Source of the DNA: Amoeboradix gromovi X-113
Lineage: Eukaryota; Fungi; Sanchytriomycota
DNA length: 8,172 nt
Assembly: GCA_018985225.1 (NCBI GenBank)
Contig: JADGIF010000460.1
Coordinates: 1-8,172, forward strand
Direction of reading: 5' to 3'
Shown: positions 1-7,877 of the stretch, one piece after another
Position numbering within the stretch: position 1 is the stretch's first letter
Layout: every line of letters starts with the position of its first letter
Translations under genes and position numbers: made by a program
Notes under the pieces: model-generated
The model's database searches: none
Told to the model about the DNA's origin: nothing
Seen by the model: only the letters and a program-made list of their open reading frames with translations

Positions 1-77
1 AGTGTTTCCGACCATTCCCTATCCCAATGCAAGCTCTCTCTACAATAGATAAACCTTTTTCGCGTCTGCCGGTATTG
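1..77. repeat. Left copy of an inverted repeat (truncated by the window edge); partner at 2098..2174
   Basis: 1..77 equals the reverse complement of 2098..2174 at 76/77 positions (only mismatch 66 vs 2109). The match runs to base 1, so it probably extends beyond the window. Confidence 0.95.
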
Positions 78-373
78 CGATAGATACTCTGAAAGTGTAT
101 TTTAATGGACATAAAATGCATAGGATGTTCTACTCTTGGACCATTCAAGTGCTGGGTAATATTAGTTATTTCTTTATATTTGCATACTCACGGATAATAA
201 GGCCCGCACTATTGTGATCAATGGGAAGAAAGATTATAGAATTTCTATGCAGCTCGTAAAGTCTAGAAAGAGGCAGTAAAGTAGTCGTACAGCCCATCAA
301 ATCACAATAAATGGTTTATTCAATTTATAGCGAATGCTGTTTTCTTAACAAATTGTAAATAACCAAGGCCAAA

Positions 374-541
374 ATGAGTAATCGAATAGTCATAGAGCAA
401 AAACTAAGTGAGAAGAGACTAGACATTGAGGCCAAATTGTTAGCTATTCTTAAAGATCAGCAGAACCCTCATCCTGATTCTTTAAAATTGTATGCTTTTC
501 AACTAGGACTTGCCAAGAAATTGGAAAAGTCAAACGAATAA
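374..541 (+). CDS. Small hypothetical protein, 55 aa (MSNRIVIEQKLSEKRLDIEAKLLAILKDQQNPHPDSLKLYAFQLGLAKKLEKSNE)
   Basis: ATG in AAAATG context, open to TAA at 539-541, AT-rich flanks, amphipathic helical charge pattern. Shorter than any ORF in the supplied track. No family recognised. Confidence 0.35.
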   Translation: MSNRIVIEQKLSEKRLDIEAKLLAILKDQQNPHPDSLKLYAFQLGLAKKLEKSNE

Positions 542-562
542 ATATGTTATATTAAAATTGGC

Positions 563-579
563 CACATGTACACGTGTAC
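563..579. promoter_or_regulatory. Tandem E-boxes (CACATG plus CACGTG inside the perfect palindrome GTACACGTGTAC) upstream of the protease
   Basis: CACATG at 563-568; 12-bp palindrome at 568-579 with CACGTG at 571-576; about 125 nt upstream of ATG 701. Function inferred only. Confidence 0.35.
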
Positions 580-700
580 TTGCCCTGTATGGTATTTTAT
601 TTATTTTTGATTCCTATATTTAAACGCGGCAAGTTGATTGGTACTACTTTGCCATCTAATCCATTATTTTTCTATAAATCATCATTATTCCCAGCTCTGT

Positions 701-1880
701 ATGTTAGTGGCACTTATTTTTGCTTCTATCACTTTACCGCTAAAGAGATTTGACCAAACATCTCGTCAATCACTTGCTCAATTAGAACGTCAAGGTAATA
801 TGTTGCTAGCAAAGTATGCTAACATGATGGTGGATAAACAAATGACCATGTCAGTTGAAAACACCGGCCATCCTATTCAGCTCTCGAATTTCATGGATGC
901 GCAGTACTATGCCGAAATTACTATCGGTGGTCAAGTTTTCAAGGTCGTAATGGATACGGGTTCTTCAAATTTGTGGGTACCTGGCATTGATTGCTCTAGT
1001 ATCGCCTGCTGGTTTCATAACCGATTTGATCCTTCAAAATCAAAGTCGTTCAAAAAAATCGGAAAAAAGTTTGCTATTCGTTATGGTAGTGGATCTCTAG
1101 AAGGTGAGATTAATGAGGATGACATTGAGGTAGCTGGTTTAAAGATGCGAGGCGAGTTTGGCATGTCCACCAAGGAGCCTGGAATGGCTTTTGTATTTGG
1201 TAAATTTGATGGCATTTTGGGGCTCGGTTATGACACAATTGCTGTGGAGCATGTAGTTCCTCCGTTTTATTTGATGCTAGAGCAGCATAAAATTGACAAG
1301 ATGTTCGGTGTTTATATGAACCACAAGGAAGAGAAGAATCCTGGTGAGATTGTATTTGGAGGTATTAACAAAGACAGATTTACAGGAGATATCTCATGGG
1401 CTAAGGTAGTTAGAAAGGCTTACTGGGAAGTAAGTATGAGCTCGGTTGAAATTGGTGAATTGAAGTTGAAAGGCAATCACACCGCTGCTATTGACACAGG
1501 TACCTCATTGATCGCAGTACCAACTGAAGAAGCAGATTTAATCAATAAGAAGATTGGAGCCACTAAAGGACAGACAGGGCAATACACTTTGGATTGTGCT
1601 ACTATACCAAACTTACCAGATATCATCATGTCATTTGGTGGCAAAAAGTTTCCACTGACTGGTGACGATTATGTACTTAAAGTAAGCGGAGGACCTATTG
1701 GCGGAGGAAAAGAGCAATGTATTAGTGGATTTATGGGAATTGATGTATTTCACACTAATTTAGATGCCACCACGACTTGGGAACATTTGGATTGTTGGGG
1801 ATGTATTTTTACGAAAATATTACACAATTTATGACATGGAAAAAGACAGAGTAGGATTCGCATCAGCCAAACACGACTAA
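701..1880 (+). CDS. PEP4: Vacuolar aspartic protease (proteinase A/cathepsin D-like, pepsin family A1); join(701..1744,1764..1880), 386 aa
   Basis: Hydrophobic N-terminus MLVALIFAS, propeptide, NFMDAQYY, both catalytic motifs ([17 protein letters not shown]), YGSGS flap, FDGILGLGY. Removing a 19-nt intron restores the canonical end [44 protein letters not shown]. The ORF-track start at 638 is a TTG and its C-terminus is intron read-through. Confidence 0.93.
1745..1763 (+). other. 19-nt spliceosomal intron (phase 0) in the protease gene
   Basis: GTATTTCACACTAATTTAG: GT donor, CTAAT branch motif, TAG acceptor. Removal restores the conserved [12 protein letters not shown] frame. Confidence 0.93.
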
Positions 1881-2097
1881 ATGGCTATTAATAAATATTC
1901 TAAACTTAATTTTGGATTCTTCAGCTTCGTTATCCTTGCTCGTTTTAAATTCCTCTAGTTATTGATGTTACAATTGTATGGGGTATCCCACATGCAAAGT
2001 GAGTAGAGGACTAGAGGAGCAGAAACAAGATACCAAGCCATTACATGACCAAAAGCGCAGAAAACTGTACCACACAAGTCTCATCACGCTAGTACAC

Positions 2098-2174
2098 CAA
2101 TACCGGCAAACGCGAAAAAGGTTTATCTATTGTAGAGAGAGCTTGCATTGGGATAGGGAATGGTCGGAAACACT
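2098..2174. repeat. Right copy of the inverted repeat matching 1..77
   Basis: Reverse complement matches 1..77 at 76/77 nt. Confidence 0.95.
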
Positions 2175-3005
2175 AAATAAAATGATATAAAGAAGGCCAT
2201 ATACTGTTCACTACGACAGCAGTTTAGTGTACCAACAAGGAATTAGCATATGCCCTCCGTATAAGTGTGGTGCTGTCTGTTCCAGGATTTACTACGCCAG
2301 GAGGTTTATTTGGCTTTTACGGGATGACGCAGATACAAGAAAATCTAGAGATAACTTAGAGGTCCGAGTATGCGGTAGTATAATCGCTTCTATGCAGTCA
2401 CGGATCGAGATTTGAATCGTATCAGCTCTTGACAGGTCTGCTGAGCAACGATAGAAGACCAAACAAGCAAAGAAGAGCAAATGCTAACAAGTTGTCGCCC
2501 AAGTTACACATGAATATTGAAAAGAGCTACTCTTCCAGTTCTGTCAACCATTTATTCTTCAACGATTACTCTCTTTATGAATCATGTTCTTGTCGCCACA
2601 TAGATTATGTGATAAAAACTTTATTTGTGTGATGTGACATGAAAGCAGTTGTAATCTAAAATCGCTATCATAACCTTCTTAAAAGCATCTTCACAGTAAA
2701 TAAGTTGTTTTTGACTAGTTTATTTCTAAATAATCATGATGGCTCCAATTATAGATTACTAGACAAATATCGCCTATTAAGCACATCCGTAGCTTTTGCG
2801 ATTCAAGACCATCCGGTATTTTGCTACTTTGACTGAAGAACTTTTCGCATTGCACATTTTCATAAGATACGGTATTGTGCACTTTTATTCAAAATATTGA
2901 GTGCGACCACTTACTCACAAACAGCGATACATGGTTTTAGATAAGAGCCAATGTACATTTATTTTTGCTATTCTGAGGAGTTGTAGGTGAAACTATCGTT
3001 GTTTA

Positions 3006-3962
3006 TTGAAAATAAAACTACTAGCAATAGAAACATCTTTTGATGACACTTGTGTAGCCCTGGTTAAAAATGGTAAGGTACTGCTAAATAGCAGGACTAC
3101 ATTTGTTAACAATGGCTTGATTCCAAAATTAGCTGCAAAACATCATAGAACACATTTGCAGTTACTGTTGAATAAAGTGGATGGGTTTGATCACGATGCT
3201 ATATGCTGTACGCGAGGACCTGGCCAAAGTATGTGCTTAAGAATAGGCTGGCACTCAGCGATTGAATTAGCCAAAAAAAGTAATAAACCGTTAATGGGTA
3301 TTCACCATATGGAAGCTCACTGTTTATCTCCATTGATAGACAATGCGTTCAATTATCCATACCTTTGCTTAATTGCTAGTGGCGGTCACACGCAACTAGT
3401 TAAAGTAAATTCTGCTTTAAACTTTGAACTTCTTGGAAACTGTTTAGACGATGCTATTGGAGAGGCTTATGATAAGACAAGCAGGTTATTTAACATGTCT
3501 ACCTCGGAAATGTGCAAATTGGTACACGGTAAAACTAACAAAACCAAAGTCAATATAATGCCAGGGGCGTTAAACTCTAATTTCTCGTTTTCCGGGTTAA
3601 AATCGGCAATTAAAAGGATGAAATCTGATGGGAAATACGATGATTTGTCAATTATGGTAGCTTTCAACCAAAGCGCTATGTCACATGTGAAAAGGCAAAT
3701 TCTAAAGATTCTACATAAACACGAGTTTACTGCTGTTACAGGTGCAGGAGGTGCGATATTAAATCCCTCAATACAAGAGTTGCTGATAACAATTGGGAGG
3801 GAGCACAGTGTTCCAGTTTATATCCCAAAGTCTGAATACCTGGTTGATAATGCAGCAATGATTGGATTCTGCGGGCATCTGCAACTGAAAGAAAAGAGAC
3901 CATTTGACATTTTGGATAAGAAATATTACGACAAGTGGAGTTATAACAGAGTCCAAAATTAA
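3006..3962 (+). CDS. QRI7: tRNA N6-threonylcarbamoyladenosine (t6A) biosynthesis protein, Kae1/TsaD/Qri7 family, mitochondrial/bacterial type; true start unresolved (likely upstream, 2931 or 2951)
   Basis: LLAIETSFDDT, TRGPG, metal-binding HHMEAH, LIASGGHT, DDAIGEAYDK, FSFSGLKS, DNAAMIG. These motifs fit the TsaD/Qri7/OSGEPL1 branch better than cytosolic Kae1. Codon 3006 is TTG, not ATG. Confidence 0.85.
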   Translation: MKIKLLAIETSFDDTCVALVKNGKVLLNSRTTFVNNGLIPKLAAKHHRTHLQLLLNKVDGFDHDAICCTRGPGQSMCLRIGWHSAIELAKKSNKPLMGIHHMEAHCLSPLIDNAFNYPYLCLIASGGHTQLVKVNSALNFELLGNCLDDAIGEAYDKTSRLFNMSTSEMCKLVHGKTNKTKVNIMPGALNSNFSFSGLKSAIKRMKSDGKYDDLSIMVAFNQSAMSHVKRQILKILHKHEFTAVTGAGGAILNPSIQELLITIGREHSVPVYIPKSEYLVDNAAMIGFCGHLQLKEKRPFDILDKKYYDKWSYNRVQN

Positions 3963-4055
3963 ATAAATCCTGCTAGAAATCTTAAATTTCAAGTCCTATA
4001 CTAACGGAAATTTCTTTAGTGCAAAGAAACAAGTAGCTTTTAGAGCCCACGCATC

Positions 4056-4061
4056 AAAAAA
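4056..4061 (-). terminator. RNA polymerase III terminator (T6) of tRNA-Trp
   Basis: A6 on the plus strand gives TTTTTT 20 nt downstream of the tRNA 3' end. Confidence 0.6.
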
Positions 4062-4081
4062 TAGAAGCATCCGAGTCAATA

Positions 4082-4154
4082 TGAGACGCAAGTGACTTGA
4101 ACACTTAACCTTCGGATCTGGAATCCGACGCTCTACCAATTGAGCTAACACCCC
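4082..4154 (-). tRNA. tRNA-Trp (CCA), intronless, 73 nt
   Basis: Cloverleaf GGGGTGT TA GCTC AATTGGTA GAGC G TCGGA TTCCAGA TCCGA AGGTT AAGTG TTCAAGT CACTT GCGTCTC A. Anticodon at 4121-4119, discriminator A73, no encoded CCA tail, A and B boxes intact. Confidence 0.93.
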
Positions 4155-4191
4155 ATAGATATAATTTTATAAAATACATTCATTTATTGTT

Positions 4192-5112
4192 TTAGCGATA
4201 ATCAAAGGAACTGCTGGTATTTTGAGCCTCATATCTCAGATCTATTTTTTGAAACCATTGCGAACTAGAATGGTAGTAATATCCTTCAATTCGGCCTGTG
4301 CTAACTTGCAAACAAATGTAATAGAAGCCCGCAAAAGAAGCCCCAGGTATAAATTGGACTCTGTGGTCTGGGATTAGAAAATGCTCTTTAAATCTAAAAA
4401 AGAGAAACTCGTTGTTTGTTTGTCTAGGGTCATAAACAAAATTTTCCAAATTCATGACTTGTTCATATTTGTATGTTTTAAAAGCTGGAAACTTAACCCA
4501 GTGCATTTTGTCAATTTCTTCATTGGTTTGCCACTTTCTGGTTAGAAAGCTGTACTCGTTTCCTATTAGTTCCGCATCAAAGTATGTTATCAACTGTTTA
4601 TAGGCATCAGTAATACCTTCAATCATAATGTATCCACTAAGATAGGACTTATCTAACTGTACATCTTTTAAGGTTATTTCTACCTTGTAATTCATTTTTC
4701 CTGAGTTTTGATATCCTTTAAATGTAGCACCTGGATGAACGCATTGATAATTCGAGGGATTGCTATAAAAAGGTAAGTTATAATATCCTCTAGTTGCTTC
4801 TTTTCTAATGCTTTGTCCATCATATACATACTTGATTTCTCTAGCAGTTTCTATAGCTGCTTGATACTTTGATGAAATTTTGACCTTTCCATTTCTTGCA
4901 GTAGCAACATATGACGGGAAATTAACCATTCGATTTAAAATGTTTACCTGTGACTGCTCTGGTATCTTCGTTTGTCTTACTATTGCTTGCTTCAGTACCC
5001 TGCATTCAAAGTTGTTCATGTCGCTAGCTGGCTTGGCCGTTGTTCTGTCTATTCTGTCAATTGCCAGTTCTTTGTCATTCTTTACATTCGGTAGCAAAAA
5101 ATTGTTGTGCAT
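4192..5112 (-). CDS. GID4: GID/CTLH E3 ligase substrate receptor Gid4/Vid24 (Pro/N-degron recognition), 306 aa
   Basis: C-terminal domain PGATFKGYQNSG..YKVEITLKDV..LSGYIMIEGIT..LITYFDAELIG..FLTRKW..D..HW.KF..FFRFKEHFLIPDHRV..IPGASFAGFYYIC..G.IEGYYYH..SQWFQ..SSSFDYR, plus a variable N-terminal extension as in fungal Vid24. Confidence 0.9.
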   Translation of the reverse strand: MHNNFLLPNVKNDKELAIDRIDRTTAKPASDMNNFECRVLKQAIVRQTKIPEQSQVNILNRMVNFPSYVATARNGKVKISSKYQAAIETAREIKYVYDGQSIRKEATRGYYNLPFYSNPSNYQCVHPGATFKGYQNSGKMNYKVEITLKDVQLDKSYLSGYIMIEGITDAYKQLITYFDAELIGNEYSFLTRKWQTNEEIDKMHWVKFPAFKTYKYEQVMNLENFVYDPRQTNNEFLFFRFKEHFLIPDHRVQFIPGASFAGFYYICLQVSTGRIEGYYYHSSSQWFQKIDLRYEAQNTSSSFDYR

Positions 5113-5404
5113 TGTATCGAATTGGCTCTATTTCATTTTAATTTCGTTCAACGCGTTTTATTGGTTCTCTAAATTGAGAAATGACTTGTAAATTACCTAT
5201 CACCATTAAACATGAGGTCTGAAAATGTACCACTTTATATATCTGGTTATTAAAATTCAAACCATATTAGGTATAGCACCGAATGCAGACTATCTGTACA
5301 TCAAAAATAATGTTAAAGAACATTAGTTTTTACCTGGAATACTGCACTTTCGATACTATGAAAACTAGAGTTTAAAGCCTACATTTCAACAGAATCTGCA
5401 TTTA

Positions 5405-6347
5405 TTACTTTACTTCTTTAACCTTTACAACACCCCCAGTAGTTGGTAATCCAGTATACACTTTAAAGGAATCATAAATAAGCCATTGTAAAGCAGTCAA
5501 TGTTCCCACCATCAAAATACGAGTACCCAAACCGGTCCATAATCCAGAGAATCCCAAATCTTTGCTGATTCTACTAGCTAACTGGAACGATGATTCATTA
5601 GCTTGTTTAGGTGCGTTATTCATTTTAGAAACCAAAGTATCAGCTGGGTGGCTGACCAAAGTACAAAAGACTAAATTAGTAAAGAATACTTCCTGCAATA
5701 TAGCCACCGATAAAAGTAACTCCCAATTGTTGTGATACATTAAATTCAGATTTAGGCTTACCGATTTTTGCATAAATCATTTCAACAACCTTCTCAAAGG
5801 ACGCAAACTTCATCATTGTGTAAGGAATTTGACGACCCCATAGAGGACTTAGGCCTCTATAAAAGCCCGCAAACCCATCCTCCTTCAAGATCTTTGAAAT
5901 CCCAGAGCTCATTGACTTTGGCCATGCATCGTTGGTTTGTGCTTTCACCTTTAATGCTTCCAACGGACAAAGTGCAACGTCTGCGATAACCTCTGCACTT
6001 GCACTACCAGCCAAGTATATCCAGGTACGGTATTTAACTGCATTCTCGGGTCCTGCTATCTCGGAGAATTTGTACTTAAAGTATTCGTAAAATCCAAATT
6101 TACAAGCACCTTGAGCACCATAACCGATTGCTGTAGGCAATCCTCCGCGCCATAAGCCAGTGATACCTTCTTGTTTACCAATAGTTCGTAACCCGTTGAA
6201 AAGCCCAGTATATCTTGTTTTATTAACTTGTAATCTACATTTAACAAGATCCAATGGAGTGATAAATAAGTGAGTAAAACAGCAGCTCATTACACCACCA
6301 GCAGCACAAGTGTAAAAGTATTGAGGACTATACAGTTCAATTGCCAT
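5405..6347 (-). CDS. PIC2: Mitochondrial phosphate (/copper) carrier, SLC25A3/Pic2/Mir1 family; complement(join(5405..5670,5690..6347)), 307 aa
   Basis: Three carrier signature repeats ([24 protein letters not shown]) plus [37 protein letters not shown] and [17 protein letters not shown]. The two ORF-track pieces join through a 19-nt intron to give [17 protein letters not shown]. The N-terminus [12 protein letters not shown] resembles Pic2; PIC2 versus MIR1 needs a phylogeny. Confidence 0.9.
5671..5689 (-). other. 19-nt spliceosomal intron (phase 1) in the phosphate carrier gene
   Basis: Minus strand GTATTCTTTACTAATTTAG. Removal joins A|TC (Ile) and restores the third carrier repeat. Confidence 0.93.
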
Positions 6348-6677
6348 GGAGATGTCTGTTTTATCCCAAGCGAAAAATACATGTAATTCAGGCTAAATTT
6401 CATAATTTTTATTACAGCGTAACGTAGTACTTTGCGCCTCAGTCGGGGCTGGACGAAAATATTAAAGCTGCTCTTTTGTCCTATCGTTTGAGATTTTGGT
6501 AATGCAAAGTCAATTTAAATCAAATGGTTTGCTGAGATTCTATCAAAACAGAGGCGTAATAGCCATTAGGATCGAGCATGTGTTCTCTAGTAATTGGTAC
6601 TTTTTGTTCTGCAGCACCGTAAAATGTACTTTGAGAAGATTAAAGAGATTGATGGGAGTTAAGTCTATAAGTTTTAT

Positions 6678-7238
6678 TTAATAAGTGTGTAATATAGTAA
6701 CATTGTTAGGTAGATTCTTGGCATATTCTGCTGCAAATTCAAGGAACTCGGCCTTCACGTTCCCAACAATAGTCACATTAACATTACCAATAGGACATAC
6801 GGCACCCTCACAATTAGGTCCAATCTCAGTTACACCAGTCAGCTTGGAGTATACAGGAATACTTAGATCGTTTGCAGTGCCATTATCCAGCACAAGGGCC
6901 CGGACTTTGTTGTCTTTCCATTGCAATTCTTCAACGTCAAAACAGTTACCACCGCCTTTAACCATAAATCCTTTTTTCTCAGCAAATGCCCAAACAAAAG
7001 ATAAATCAGTAAGACCACCTAAACTTGATTTGGCATAGTCACAACCTCCAAAACCAGCTTCCAGGGGGGATGGTTTATTGTAGGTATGATGGCATGTATG
7101 GCCACCGCCATAGTTACCAACTATTTTGCTGCATTCAGGATTACCTGGATCAGCAGTGTAATTGGCCATAACTGTCGTAGCGCAATCAGGCATGACAGAT
7201 TGTGCTAAAACTATAGAGGTGACAAATATTGATAACAT
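6678..7238 (-). CDS. Secreted Cys-containing protein with a probable double-psi beta-barrel (expansin/loosenin/RlpA-like) domain, 186 aa
   Basis: Signal-peptide-like MLSIFVTSIVLA and 7 Cys. Motif order TY..GFGGCDY..VWAF..NCF..L..KVRALVLD..NDLSIPVYSKL parallels the expansin-like TxY..GACG..VAL..CG..V.VVD..DLS..F..L pattern. The CDS is well supported; the fold call is by eye. Confidence 0.65.
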   Translation of the reverse strand: MLSIFVTSIVLAQSVMPDCATTVMANYTADPGNPECSKIVGNYGGGHTCHHTYNKPSPLEAGFGGCDYAKSSLGGLTDLSFVWAFAEKKGFMVKGGGNCFDVEELQWKDNKVRALVLDNGTANDLSIPVYSKLTGVTEIGPNCEGAVCPIGNVNVTIVGNVKAEFLEFAAEYAKNLPNNVTILHTY

Positions 7239-7284
7239 TACTTGTCAATTACCTTTGAGCCGTATTTAAGTTAATCAGCATGAC

Positions 7285-7327
7285 GCACTGATCATCAATT
7301 GCACGGATCATGTAATTGCACGGATCA
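7285..7327. repeat. Short tandem repeat, three copies of GCAC(G/T)GATCA, upstream of the secreted-protein gene
   Basis: GCACTGATCA at 7285-7294; AATTGCACGGATCA exactly duplicated at 7297-7310 and 7314-7327. Confidence 0.8.
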
Positions 7328-7648
7328 GGTTCTCAAGGGCAGTCGAGCTCGTGACATCATACTCATCACATACCGAAATGGCACTTTGTGGGCATCTTTG
7401 TTTTTTAAAATCTGAAATAACACTTTTGAATTATTATGGGACGAAGGGTGCTTGAAATCAAAAAATAAAAAGTCAATTCTTTCACTTAACCTCATACTTG
7501 CGGTTATCTTATAGAATTGAACTCAATATAATTGTTTTGAGATCTCACTAGATTCTTTTTCAAGCCGCACTATCCTGTAGCACATTTTTCTTCAGATTAT
7601 AAAAATCATGGTAGACACCACTTTCCTTTGCTTATTTATCTGGGAAAG

Positions 7649-7682
7649 AAGAAAGCATTCGTATTTGTAAGAATGCTTTCTT
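7649..7682. other. Perfect 12-bp stem, 10-nt loop hairpin
   Basis: AAGAAAGCATTC (7649-7660) and GAATGCTTTCTT (7671-7682) are exact reverse complements. Confidence 0.75.
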
Positions 7683-7877
7683 TGGTTGTGCTTATCGTTT
7701 TTATTTTTCAGCTTTTCAGTGCTATCGACACATTTCTTAAATTGAAAGAATTTCAAAATTTTGGATGCGGTCTGTATGGTATCACTTGCTCGTACCAGGT
7801 AAGTGTAAAAATAAATGGTTGATTTAAGATACAGAATTATTGACTTTCGCCTACGTTAAATCTGAAGAATTCGAAAA

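Noticed and set aside
2-297. Minus-strand ORF fragments with a possible GTGAGT..CTAAT..CAG intron (191-152)
   Set aside because: Splicing from either donor hits a stop soon after, and no protein family is recognisable.
638-700. ORF-track N-terminal extension of the protease
   Set aside because: Starts at TTG. ATG 701 begins a hydrophobic signal-like peptide and gives a normal proteinase A length.
3529-3549. Potential in-frame 21-nt intron GTAAAACTAACAAAACCAAAG in QRI7
   Set aside because: Wrong length and layout for the 19-nt class, AAG acceptor, and this segment already looks shorter than in TsaD homologues.
5151-5156. ACGCGT (MCB-like element) upstream of GID4
   Set aside because: A single hexamer with no second copy or functional rationale; could be chance.
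3467-7038. Shadow ORFs 3467..3667, 3768..3992, 4880..5191, 5768..5989, 6056..6247, 6496..6681, 6685..7038
   Set aside because: Antisense or out-of-frame overlaps of well-supported genes, or non-ATG starts, with no motifs.
7285-7327. CRISPR-like array
   Set aside because: Repeats are 10-14 nt with 3-7 nt spacers, only three copies, in a eukaryotic context with no cas genes.
7795-7806. Minus-strand ACTTACCTGG resembling the U1 snRNA 5' end (plus strand CAG|GTAAGT)
   Set aside because: No U1 loop I (GATCAC/GAAG), loop II (ATTGCAC) or U1-like fold downstream, and no supported plus-strand exon uses it as a donor.
7628-7822. 64-aa hydrophobic plus-strand ORF
   Set aside because: TTG start, hydrophobicity explained by T-richness, no recognisable family.
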